Positions 1 to 10,699 of a stretch of DNA of 64,000 bases are shown here, in pieces; the first letter of the stretch is position 1, and every line of letters begins with the position of its first letter. The DNA is from Asterias rubens (Eukaryota), in assembly GCF_902459465.1 (NCBI RefSeq), contig NC_047066.1:9238001-9302000 (forward strand), given 5' to 3'. Both the position numbers and the translations under genes were made by a program. A model generated the notes under the pieces. That model ran no database searches. It saw only the letters and a program-made list of their open reading frames with translations, and was not told the DNA's origin.

Positions 1-305
1 CAGTGACTACAAAGGTAAATCAATAGTTCAGCTCATGTAAAAAGATTTTCATCATTTGGGGATGGGAATTGAAATTCAAAATCCAAGCTGCTCAAAAAGA
101 GATCGCCCAAATCAGGGGGATTATGTAGGATTAGTAATCCCAAGGAGTTCCCCAAACAGAGTAGTTGTTGTTGAATATAAATATATTTTCAAATTACAAA
201 GTGAACAACCTGAGGTGATCCACATCAGGGTTGTAATGAAAGAATATTCAACTCAAATTCCATGATTCGATTTGAAAAACCCTTCGCTTTATTTGATGTA
301 TGCAG

Positions 306-877
306 ATTTAATCAGAAGTGATCCATCACAAACGGTTTTAAAAAGAACGAAGATGTCTCCAAACGTGCCAAATACCCAAGCTGCAATCACAACAACAACA
401 AGTTCTAACATTCTACAACCACAAGCTGTCACCAAAAGCTTTGCCGTCACCACAAGCTTTGCCAACATGTCAGCTCCATCCATCCCAAAACAGCTGAAGC
501 CTGCGGAAAGCCCGGACCCTGTGTCCTCAAGTGGTAATCAACCAGCCTCCTCATCTGGTCTCAGACTGACATCATTGCATCTTGACCCAACCCCAAGATG
601 TCAAAACCCAGCAATACATCCACCATTTGGTCGTGAGACAGTCTCGAGACCTCATGACAAAAACCCAAACAGTCTCGGTCCTATCTCAAGAGGTGACAAC
701 TTGGTCACCTCAAGAAGTCATGATCTTGTGTCATCCTTGAAGAGGGTTCTCTTAATCTCTGATGATGAGCTGATGCCTTCATCTTGGGGAACGTCTCCAA
801 ACTTCTGGATATCAGGAAACGGCAATGACGCAATCATCAATCCAGAATGGATCAGAGATATAGACGTTTGGTCGTAA
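306..877 (+). CDS. Possible terminal coding exon of an unidentified upstream gene (S/P/T-rich, ends ...NPEWIRDIDVWS*)
   Basis: 190-codon open frame, GC-richer than its flanks. Preceded by an acceptor-like tgtatgcag (phase 1) and followed by AT-rich UTR-like DNA with AATAAA near 1720 and 1869. No recognisable domain. Confidence 0.4.
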
Positions 878-2885
878 AGTTGCAAAAGAGAGTCGCCAAA
901 TCAAAAACCTTCTTAATTGCTACTCAAACTAGAAGAAATCTCCTTTTGGCAAGTTTTGTTGCTTTAGTTCAAAATTGTATATAAAAGAATTAGAATCAGG
1001 CAAAAATATACGTTCATAAATTAAAAAAATGGAAACCGATACTGTTGTTTCTCTTGACTGTTTAATTTTTTATCTTGTTAGAGATGTTTCATGACAGTAT
1101 AATACATACATTCTACTCAGAAAATACACTGATACCGTATAAACCAAGCTTTTGAACAGATGTTTGTTTGTTATTTTCTTCTTCATACGTTTCAGGCATG
1201 GAATTTCATGGAGACTAAATTATAGTAGGTCATGGCATTTTGAGATATGATGGACCCTGTAAAAGGACACTGTTTGGGTAGGCTACATTTGTTTGTAGAC
1301 ATTCAAACCAAACAGTGCACTCCAAACATGTCCACCGCCATTATCTAAAGAAGGTTGTTGCCATGGTCTTGGCCTTGGTGCCCATTAGGTTTTTAAGATT
1401 ATACAATCCGAAGTGCTCTTTACAAAACAAAAATGGCCTTGACCTCTCTCAAAAATAAATTTCCAGGCCTGATGTTTTCAAAATTTTACATTTATAGTGT
1501 TGTGATTTTGCGCTTTTTCTGAACAGTTTTTGAACAAAGTTTTGTATAAAAGTTTAAATGTGTTAAAATCTGTACAAAACTAGAAGTTTTAGCACAACAA
1601 TCGTCAGGCAGTGAGAGTGATTTCTTTACATGTAAATAACAACGAATCTGTAATTTGTAAAAACAATACTTGTGCTGATTAATACAAGACAACAGAACAG
1701 TTGAAGTAGAAAATCTGCAAATAAATAACCTTGAACTAATGCTTGTTTAATATTGTTTAATATTTACATAATGTCTTGTTCCTTAATTAAAACAATTTCA
1801 ACATTGAATGTTGCACACAAAGATTATTTCTTCGTAGCACTGTGTACTGTCTTGACTGTAGTAAAGTAATAAATAAGAAATGTGTAAAAATGTTATCGAA
1901 ACTAATTTTTTCATCATAATTCTTTATCATGGGACCATTTAAAATGGTATAAATTACATGGCATTTTGACTGGTAAATCCTTGCTGCTTAACACCAATTT
2001 TTTGCTAATTAGAATTGTATGCCTATTGCAGAAGTGTGATAAATCGTTGATTCCTTTTCGGCTCAAGCACAAGTACCACATCTGTTGCTAGCAGAACGTT
2101 AATGATGCCTCTGGCTCCAAAACAGGCATTTTTTTTATGTCATGTGGTAAATTGAATCAAAAATCACTCGCTTTATCTTTATTGATCATAAATTCTTGGG
2201 ACAGAAACTGAAATATTCTACTAAGCCTTGATTTTCTACAAAATAGGTAGAAGGCAAGCACAAAACAATTATTTATTTTCTTAAAGAATCCTGAACAACT
2301 AATACACTCAACTGCACGAAGCCTATGGTGGTAACACGTTAAACTTTTGCATACAAAGTTGTGGCCAAAAAGTCTGACTCAGGCTTATGCTGCACTGAAT
2401 AATTTTTTTCCACACAACTCTGGAAAACACTGAGTAGTGCTTATAAAAATCGGTGTGATGGTAAAACCAAATAATGTTCTTTATGCCCAATGCAAATTAA
2501 ACATCAATTCTTCTGAGTTACAAAGAAATGTTTAAAGTCTCCTGTGTTTCCATTACTTGCACATCTACATGTAGTATGAAAATCACAAATTTATGTTAAA
2601 CAATGAATAAGATTAACCGTGACACATATTTATCAAATATTAATTACATTTCTATTTGTACTTGAGGGTTTGAATTTTAAACAAGATTCTCTTTTGTATG
2701 AGATTGAGTGAAAAGACTGCAGGAAAATTTCTTAAAATTTTGCATAAATAATTATGAACAAGATTTATACATACATACATACATGTATACAACCATGAGT
2801 CTGTTGGAAGTCACATCATGATGCACTGTAAGGGAGGGACGAGTTCTTCTGTCGCCAACTCAGCTCCATAGCCATTGTTATGTAG

Positions 2886-2980
2886 TTACTTTAAGGGATG
2901 ACTTCTATTCCTTTCTTCTACCATCCTGCTGAATGCCAGAGCCAACTTGGAATAATCCACAGGGGACGAAAATGACTTCC
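2886..2980 (-). CDS. MAPKAPK5: MAPKAPK5 coding exon 12 (last): (G)KSFSSPVDYSKLALAFSRMVEERNRSHPLK*
   Basis: ttgcag acceptor; phase matches exon 11; TAA at 2886-2888. Resembles the vertebrate MK5 C-terminus (GRGFTDKVDRLKLA). Confidence 0.88.
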
Positions 2981-3212
2981 CTGCAATGAGATTCACACAC
3001 AATAATCACAAATTGGGAAAACAAAAAACAAAAAATCCTTGAGATTCAGGGGGTGAGAGTCACTGAGCAAGTTTTGGTGGCTGAGAAGAGTCGACTAGAC
3101 TTAAAGGGAAGGTATGCTTGGTAAATCACTCTGAAAATCAATGGCAATAAAAACGTTTTGTTAGAAGCATACAGCAGTGTTTGATAGTATAAAGCATTTT
3201 GAGAAACACTCC

Positions 3213-3539
3213 TTTTTTTTTTCTTTTTTTTTAATTTGTATGCAAGTCGCCAGACACACAAGGCCTGAAGGTCACTTCAAGGTGTTGGCTACAATTATTT
3301 TTTTCCAGGGGCCGTTGCCACCTACTCCAAGGGCTGAAACAGGGTAACCACTTTCACAGTCTATACGGATTTAGGCTTGGGTATCATCCATCAGAAGCCT
3401 GGCTGGTAGAGCAGAAAGCACTACCTCCCCTTATTTTAAGTAGGAAGTGTCACAACCGGGATTCGAACCCACACTCTGCTGATCAAACACAAGAGCTTGA
3501 ATCCGGTGCTCTTTATAGCCACTCGGCCATGACACGCCC
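3213..3539 (-). mobile_element. tRNA-Leu(CAA)-derived SINE with an A-rich tail
   Basis: A box TGGCCGAGTGG, B box GGTTCGAATCC, anticodon-like TTCAAG and a long variable arm. The 3' body is shared with 61839-61985. Confidence 0.8.
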
Positions 3540-3954
3540 CAAATGCCCCAAATTTGAATCTGGAGAAGTGTTACCACATTTTGCTTCTCAGACTGTGTAA
3601 ATCCTTTAAAGATAATTCTTCCTGTGTGGAATTATTCACTCCAGATTTTCGGCGATATCTTAAAACACAACCAAATGAAATTTTTAGATGGTAGTCTTAT
3701 TGTGTACATCTACATTTCTATAGGATTGAAACAAGCAAACAATTCCAAAAACCAAAGGTTTACTTCGCCTTTAACCATAGTTGAACTACATGTAGGTGTC
3801 AGCCACTCATTGAGAAGAATGTAGGCCCTATACTTTCCAAGTTTCCGCTGCCAAACTCGGTAATTCTTTAATGAAGCTTTTGCTGTTATGGCAATTTTTA
3901 AAACGAGTCCCAACGTTCAAGTGCCGCAAGATTTGTACAGTCTACTAGTCTTAC

Positions 3955-4059
3955 CGTTCCATTGGAATGCCTGCAGTGTGTGCCTCAGTGTGTTACACTC
4001 ACTGTTGTACTCAAGTGCTCTTTGAATTAACTCACAAACACTCGACTCCGAAACAACCC
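3955..4059 (-). CDS. MAPKAPK5: MAPKAPK5 coding exon 11: (G)VVSESSVCELIQRALEYNSECNTLRHTLQAFQWN
   Basis: ccag acceptor, GTAAGA donor, phase 1-1, frame continuous. Confidence 0.9.
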
Positions 4060-4249
4060 CTGGTAATAGAAAGAAAGTATAATAGATGTGTGTAATCAAA
4101 GTGTTTATCATTGAACTTGTGATCTAGGATCTCAGGCAGAGTTCAGAAACAGTTCTTTCCTGAACTTGGTTTAAAAAGTTGCTTTTGCGCAGTATGCAGC
4201 CAATCAAACCAAGAACAAAGGGGCGAACCTCTTCTCTTTTTTGAGCGCT

Positions 4250-4456
4250 GGGTTCTTTCATGTGCATTACACAAAAACGAGACCAACAGCTTTACATGTA
4301 CGTCCCATCCATCCGAGGGATGCAGCAATAACAGAATAAGGATTGAGTGTCTTGGTTATTAAGGACCGGGTTCACGATCAGGACTCGAACCCACACTCTG
4401 CTGAACAGAAACACCACAGCTTGAGTCCGGTGCTCTTATCCACTTGGCCATAACCG
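4250..4456 (-). mobile_element. tRNA-derived SINE copy (partial)
   Basis: Same tRNA-Leu-like head (ggactcgaacccacactctgctg...cttgagtccggtgctc). Confidence 0.75.
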
Positions 4457-4554
4457 CCACTTGGATATCTTGGTTTCATTACCATAAAGGCTGAAAATAA
4501 AACAATCAAAAAATGTTTTTAAAATAAAGCAAAATGAAAGGGTTGACAAATTAC

Positions 4555-4673
4555 CTTGGGGAGGAAGAATACAATGCGCAACGACGTCCCTGAGTTTAGT
4601 TACAGCATCAGTCTCCTTCCTCAGCTTAGCTTCAGGCTGTCCTTCTGTCACCCTGTTATCCAAAGACTTACAT
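4555..4673 (-). CDS. MAPKAPK5: MAPKAPK5 coding exon 10: (R)CKSLDNRVTEGQPEAKLRKETDAVTKLRDVVAHCILPPQ
   Basis: ttcag acceptor, GTAATT donor. LRDVVAHCILPPQ matches the MK5 motif LRDVIAQCILPQ. Confidence 0.92.
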
Positions 4674-5547
4674 CTGAAAGGTAAATCATTCAAACTGAGT
4701 ATGGAATAACAACATGCATAAAGCAAGACAGTTCTCTAAAGAACAAAATCAACCTGGCAAGTATAGATACACACATGGTGTTACTGCAAACCAAATGATG
4801 CTACATGTACCTCCTCATGCAATATGCCTCAAATCTCATAAATGCTGGTTTTAAGATATGACTGACTGAAATTCTTATTGAGGTGTGACACGTTAGCTCA
4901 CACACAACCTCATTCCCCACGCACGTGTGCACTATTCCCCATCGTGTAATAGAGATCAATGGGTACGATCTTGCAGCAATGCACTAGCGTAAAAATACTC
5001 ATCCGGCCAGCCAGCGGGGGATCAGAGGGCACGCAACAATCATTACGTCGAGACACGTACATTGTTCGAGTAAATTCGCCGCTATTATTCAACACTGGGT
5101 TCTAAAATTAAAAGTGTTTTTTCTTTTCTGTTACAAAAAATTATTTGGACATTTTTCTTAATCTTTATTTTGCCACTTAATAGCTCATTCGTTGTTTGCA
5201 TGTATTGTACGATTTAATAAAAATATGTTGGGCGGCTTGTTTAGCGTGTTTTATTGAGTATTATCGTAGCATCGTAGTCACGGCTCGAAATCGTATTTGC
5301 TACGCCCAAATCGTGTATGTTGGTATCTCTGTTAGAGGATAAATTGATTCAAAAGATAAACTTACCTACGTGTATGATCAAACAGATTATTTTTTGCAAA
5401 TTATTAATGGAACACAATGCCAAAAGTGTACCAAATGAACTTCTTGTCAAGATGTAAAGGTCCCATACTTCAAAACGTAGCTCCACATACCTGAAGAAAC
5501 ATAATAATGTTTGAGCGCTTTATTAAGACACTACTACAACTACCTAC

Positions 5548-5672
5548 CTGAGCCGTTTTCTGATGATGGGGTTGTTTGCCTTAGCCACAGGCTTCAATAT
5601 GACCTTTCTCAGAGGCAGACGCATTGACGTCAGTTGCTCAGAATGGACCCTCAATGCTTCCTCCATTAAATT
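5548..5672 (-). CDS. MAPKAPK5: MAPKAPK5 coding exon 9: NLMEEALRVHSEQLTSMRLPLRKVILKPVAKANNPIIRKRL (NES/NLS, p38-docking region)
   Basis: gtcag acceptor, GTAGGT donor. HSEQLTSMR and NNPIIRKR are MAPKAPK C-terminal motifs. Confidence 0.95.
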
Positions 5673-5889
5673 CTGACAAATAACAAACATATTTTGGACA
5701 AAACATGTAGTTGGTTGCATTACATTCTCAACAATATAATAACAAGAAAATCTTATAAAGTGTACATGTATCTACCAATAACATGAATAAGGTACTCAGA
5801 CAGTATAACAGACAGAGACATTGTAAGACAGCTTTTTGACATTATTGAGACCAGATAAATTTTGAAATTATGAGACCAGATTTTATGTA

Positions 5890-6176
5890 GCACTTTGTAA
5901 GGGTTTACAAGGTGCTGCGTGCATTCAGCAGCCATTGCCAGACACACCGGGGCAAACCCCTTCTCTTAACGATAAGTGTTACTGGGTTCTGTTATGTGCA
6001 TTGCACTCCAAATGGGACCTATGGCTTTACGTTCTATCAAAAGGGCAAAGCAATAAAGGTTTAGTGTCATGCTTAAGGACAAAATTGTCACGGCCGGGAC
6101 TGGAACCCAAACTCCGCTGATTTGAAACACCTGAACTTGAGTCCAGAACTCTTAACTGCTCGGCCACGACACGCCA
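5890..6176 (-). mobile_element. tRNA-derived SINE copy
   Basis: Same head. The body matches 22181-22435 and 63815-64000. Confidence 0.78.
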
Positions 6177-6266
6177 TCAGTAACCCATTTTAAAAGTTCT
6201 TTGTGTGTCTAAGGTAATATTTGGTACATGAGTGAAACATTTCATGAAATTAATTGAAAGTTGTAC

Positions 6267-6387
6267 CTTGTCCAGCATGATAGCAGGTGAACTAAGTTCA
6301 ATATTTGATGATCTATTTTCTTGTAGCCATGGGTGATCCATGAGTTCACTGACTGTCATCCGCTCCATTGGGTCCACTTGCAATAAC
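6267..6387 (-). CDS. MAPKAPK5: MAPKAPK5 coding exon 8: (R)LLQVDPMERMTVSELMDHPWLQENRSSNIELSSPAIMLDK
   Basis: Kinase subdomain XI; gcag acceptor, GTACAA donor. Confidence 0.95.
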
Positions 6388-6470
6388 CTGCATCAAACCC
6401 AAAAATTCAAAAGTGGAAAACAAGCTTAGTCGACGAATTTTGTAGTATACTGTGGATGATATGTATTAGC

Positions 6471-6720
6471 AGGCCTGATACTTCACAGAGCGATTACCTC
6501 CGTGCCCCCGCTGCCCTTGAAGGCCTGATACTTCACAGAGCGATTACCTCCGTGCCCCCGCTGCCCTTGAAGGCCTGATACTTCACAGAGCGATTACCTC
6601 CGTGCCCCCGCTGCCCTTGAAGGCCTGATACTTCACAGAGCGATTACCTCCGTGCCCCCGCTGCCCTTGAAGGCCTGATACTTCACAGAGCGATTACCTC
6701 CGTGCCCCCGCTGCCCTTGA
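6471..6720. repeat. Perfect 50-bp x5 tandem array at the end of a CAGGCCTG-type MITE (MITE body continues to 6822)
   Basis: Unit aggcctgatacttcacagagcgattacctccgtgcccccgctgcccttga; five identical copies. Confidence 0.97.
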
Positions 6721-6863
6721 AGTGCTCCAATAGAAATTTACAATTTCCTCATTACATGCCCTTTACCGAGGTAAAAAATCCCTCGGTGTCATTGCCCTTT
6801 CAAAAACGAAGCATACAGCCCTGTATAAGGTAAAGCGCCTTTACTACTCCAGTTTATTGGCTC

Positions 6864-7183
6864 AAAGGCACTGGACAGGACACTGTTGGTAGTTACTCAA
6901 AATAATAGTTAGCATAACAAATTACTTGGTAACTATAATGGAAAGCTGTTGATAGTATAAAACATTCTGAGTAACGGCTCCCTCTGAAGTAACGCAGATT
7001 TTTGAGAAAGGGGTAATTTCTCACTAAAATATTAAAAGACTTCAGGCCTAAAGACTTTTTTTATTTGAAGCATCTGAAAGTTTTCACAGATTTGTTATTT
7101 TATGCAATACTCCCTGTATGTTGGGATACACCAAGTGAGAATACCGGTCTTTGAACATTAACAACTGTGTCCAGTGCCTTTAA
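6864..7183. mobile_element. TTAA|AG-ended (Kolobok-like) MITE, family 1, degenerate
   Basis: aaaggcactggaca ... gtgtccagtgcctttaa ends; shared internal core. Confidence 0.75.
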
Positions 7184-7289
7184 TACTCATCTGTGTAAGG
7201 GTAAAAACAATGGATGCAAAGCTGCATTTTTTATGAGTAAACCATGGAATCAATTTCTCTGAAGCAGTATCGAGTTTGCAGCATTTTAC

Positions 7290-7477
7290 CTGGAGACAAC
7301 GTCCTTAGCTTGGTCAGATATCTGTGACCATTCTTCAGATGGGAATTCATACTGGCCAGCCATGATGCGATGACACATCTCACGAGATATCTTCCTGTTG
7401 GGGGTCTCGGGGTAGAATGGTGGGTAGCCACAGAGCATAATGTAGATGATTACACCCAGAGACCAAATGTCACAACT
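7290..7477 (-). CDS. MAPKAPK5: MAPKAPK5 coding exon 7: [22 protein letters not shown]...[19 protein letters not shown]
   Basis: Kinase subdomains IX-X; ccag acceptor, GTAAAA donor. Confidence 0.97.
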
Positions 7478-7493
7478 CTGGAATTAGAGGCAA

Positions 7494-7787
7494 AAGCATT
7501 AAACTTACTTGGTAACAAGTATTGGGAGAGCTGTTGATATTAAAAAACATTGTACAAAACAGCTCCCTCTGAAGTAATGTAGTTTTTGAGAAGGAAGTAA
7601 TTTTCCACGAAAATATTTGAATTGGATTTCGAGACCTCAGAATTTGATTTTGAAGATTCAAAATCAAGCTTCTGAAAGCACACAACTTGGTGTGACATGG
7701 GCGATTTTTTCTTTCATTATTATCTCAAAACTTCAAACTGTGAGAAGACTGGTCTTTGACAATTATCAATAGCGTCCACTGTCTTAA
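7494..7787. mobile_element. Truncated family-1 TTAA MITE filling most of MAPKAPK5 intron 6
   Basis: One end (gtccactgtcttaa) and the family core are present. Confidence 0.8.
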
Positions 7788-7806
7788 TGTCTTATCTTAG
7801 GTTTAC

Positions 7807-7887
7807 CTTGTCATATGTATAAGGACCTGGGGATGTTGGAATGATTCCCTTCTGCTGCCTTTTCTGTCTCCTCTGAGCTTCCAAAAC
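7807..7887 (-). CDS. MAPKAPK5: MAPKAPK5 coding exon 6: VLEAQRRQKRQQKGIIPTSPGPYTYDK
   Basis: MK5-specific insert (VLEAQRR...GIIPTSP.PYTY.K), which distinguishes it from MK2/MK3. Phase 0-0. Confidence 0.97.
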
Positions 7888-8172
7888 CTTTAAAAAAAAG
7901 ACAATATAAAAATAAATGTTTCCCCCCAAAAATACTTGCATTCAAATTTTAGTTTGCAGTTTGTATTTATAACAATGCTATGGGTCTAGTTTTATTTCCA
8001 AGAATTTTGTTAAAACGATCTGATTTTATAGGAAAGTCTTCATTCACAAATGTCATTCTCAGTTATACAAAATAATGTTGTTGTCTGGTAACCTTCTGAT
8101 AGTAAGCAACAAACTTGTTGTGCTTTTTGTTCTTTAGCAGCTCCATGACATTGGTTCCCTTCTCATTCTCAC

Positions 8173-8268
8173 CTGTGGTGCAACGTAGTACGGTGTAAAA
8201 TGGGGTGTTGTTAACGATCCGTCGTCAACCTTAGCAAAGCCAAAGTCAGACAGCTTCACTGGGGAATT
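8173..8268 (-). CDS. MAPKAPK5: MAPKAPK5 coding exon 5: NSPVKLSDFGFAKVDDGSLTTPHFTPYYVAPQ
   Basis: DFG motif and activation loop LTTP.FTPYYVAPQ (Thr182-equivalent site); canonical splice sites. Confidence 0.97.
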
Positions 8269-8542
8269 CTAAAAGAAAACGTTGAAAACAATAAAAATGT
8301 TAATAAAAGAAACATATGCTATAAGTCCAGTACACTCAAATGTTTTATGACTTATCCAAGTCTTAGGTTTGATTTCATTACCTAGCATAGAGCAAGATCT
8401 TTAATTTGCTCTATGATTATAGGAAGTTTGGCTGTTGAAGTGCAGCCCAAAATCCTTCCATTTCCTCTAATCCTTTGTCACTCCACACCTCCACCCGCAT
8501 TTTGCCCTGATTTAATTGTATTTTTGTAATCAATGTTTTAAC

Positions 8543-8650
8543 GAGGGAGATTGGCTGTTGCCAGCTTGGCGTTTATAACCCCTTGCGGGAGTTTGCCGAG
8601 GTTCCCTTAACGGGAAGATCAGCTAAAAGCAAAAACAAACAAAACAAACT
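8543..8650 (+). repeat. Short dispersed repeat with an (AAAC)n tail; second copy at 45441-45582
   Basis: gagattggctgttgccagcttggcgtttata..ccccttg.gggagtttgccgag occurs twice, each followed by AAAC repeats. Confidence 0.65.
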
Positions 8651-8740
8651 TTTACAATTTGTTCTTTTATATGTTAAGTTGAATTCCTTCCCCACCTCCC
8701 TTAACTGCTTGATTGAAGTCACGACCAATTTGTTCCTTAC

Positions 8741-8830
8741 CTCAGAGTTGTCTTTGAGAAGTAAATTTTCTGGCTTTAAATCTCGATGGGCAATGTTCAA
8801 CGAATGGCACCTATGGATGGCACTGGCAAT
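8741..8830 (-). CDS. MAPKAPK5: MAPKAPK5 coding exon 4: IASAIHRCHSLNIAHRDLKPENLLLKDNSE
   Basis: HRDLKPEN catalytic loop; ttttag acceptor, GTAAGG donor. Confidence 0.97.
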
Positions 8831-8860
8831 CTAAAAAAGGACATGAAAAATAGAAATGCT

Positions 8861-9220
8861 TTAAAGGGAAGGTACACGTTTGGTAATTGTCAAAGACTAG
8901 TCTTCTCACTTGGTGTATCTCAACATATGCATAAAATAAAGAGCCTGTGAAAATTTGAGCTAAATTGGTCATCGAAGTTGCGAGAAAATGATGAGAAAAA
9001 AAAAACACCCTTGTTGGACAAATTTGTGTGCTTTCTAATAGGAATAAAAGAGTCTTTTATTATTTTAGTGAGAAATTACCTCTTTCTCAAACTCTATGCT
9101 ATTTCAGAGGGAGCCGTCTCTCACAATGTTTTATACTACCAACAGCTCTCCAATGCTCGTTACCAAGTCAGTTTTTAAGTTAATATTTGTTTTGTTACCA
9201 AACGTGTACCTTCCCTTTAA
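8861..9220. mobile_element. TTAA MITE, family-1 variant with a perfect 26-bp terminal inverted repeat (including TTAA)
   Basis: ttaaagggaaggtacacgtttggtaa ... ttaccaaacgtgtaccttccctttaa. A truncated copy lies at ~3101-3210. Confidence 0.9.
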
Positions 9221-9466
9221 AAAACTTGAGTTTCACACTTTCTAATTCCAGGCTTGGAATTACACTACACAGATGACAGAGACCAGGGGGGCCATGATCT
9301 CTGTTGCCCCTGGTCTTGGCCTTGCACTATTGCACTAGTATTGGTATTGCACTACAACATGTCACCAATGACAAGGGGTAGTTGATTGACCCCCCCCAAA
9401 AAGAAGTTGTCGAGATCCCAATCATCTCCAGACTATCAGAGACAGACAAACAATGTTGCATTTTAT

Positions 9467-9678
9467 AGAAAAGTTTGCGGTAACACCATGCAATACAGCA
9501 TACAGCATCAGAGTCCAGCATTCTCCAGAAGACGATCAGAGCATACTGATCGAAACGTCGAGTTAATCCAACGGTTCTTTTCAGAACCACCCCAACTCAT
9601 TTAGAGATTGTTATTACATGGTGTTACCGCAAACTTTTCTATATCTTACTTCCACCATGCAAAGTTTCAAATCCTACT
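9467..9678 (+). mobile_element. Short Penelope-like element with a minimal hammerhead-like motif (9523-9562), an inverted 5' arm and a 15-bp TSD
   Basis: TSD aatgttgcattttat at 9452-9466 and 9679-9693. 9464-9490 is the exact reverse complement of 9617-9643. Motif: ctc-CAGAAGA-c-gatcag/ctgatc-GAAA-CGTC-gag. Confidence 0.7.
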
Positions 9679-10699
9679 AATGTTGCATTTTATTTGTTCT
9701 TTGTGGTTTTTCAATGGCATTATTGCACAAGTTTTGTGTATTTTTTTATTTTGAAACTTCATGTATCAAAATTCACTTAAAAAAAAAAAAAAAAAAAAGT
9801 GAAAATTTGGCCGATTCAACTTTGACTTTGACAAAACTGAAAGTAAATGGTTCAGTTGAAATATAACCTACATTACGTGTGTTTTAAAATAAAAACCAAC
9901 ATGACTATCTATTATTAATTTATACTACAAGGAAGCAAGACATTAAGCCAAGACAACCTGACGCCCATTATTCCTTCCCAAGAAACTCATCTCACCTGGA
10001 GGCTGTGTATTATTAGGTCTACATTAAGCCTTCCCTTCATGTCTTATAACCCAACCCCCTTTCCTCACCCATCCCTCCTCATTTCATCACATCATAAATC
10101 ATGTCTCAGACTTTCAAGAAAACTTTGGAAAGAACCCCTGGGCTCTCTCCATAGATCGTCTCCAATTCCGTCCTGGTCTCTTATCATCAACCTTCCCTCT
10201 TAAACCCTGACCCCCCCTCCCTGTCAGTAAATTTAACAAGTCCTTCCTGAGTATAGGGTTGCATTACGGTTGCAAAGGGAAGTAGGGAGATTAACTGAAT
10301 CGCAGACTTGTTAATGGTGGGAAACAATCAGAGGGGTGCTTTCAAACAAAAAAACTTTAGTTACAGGTGCAAAAACTTTTCCACCCAAACTGGTAACCCA
10401 AAACTGCTGCTGTTGTCCAGAACAGAATATCAACTGGGTAAATTGTTGGCATATTTGAAAGAAGTTATGGAACAAAAAGGAAAATTTTTCAACAACAGGT
10501 ATGATACATGTATTTGTCTCTCAGAAAAAAGTACGACAAAGTCGGACAAGGGCTGGCCTTTATGCACAAATTGTATCTAGGCTTTTAGTTTGCACACTAT
10601 TTTATAACCATTTTGCTGACATTTCTGAGGCCCCAAAAATCAGGAATCAGACTAAAGTAGGACGCTTTACATGCCTACTTTACAATAAAGACAATCTCA

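Noticed and set aside
6471-6720. CRISPR-like regular array (also 19045-19907 and 30905-31430)
   Set aside because: Units are contiguous with no unique spacers, the context is spliced eukaryotic genes, and there are no cas genes.
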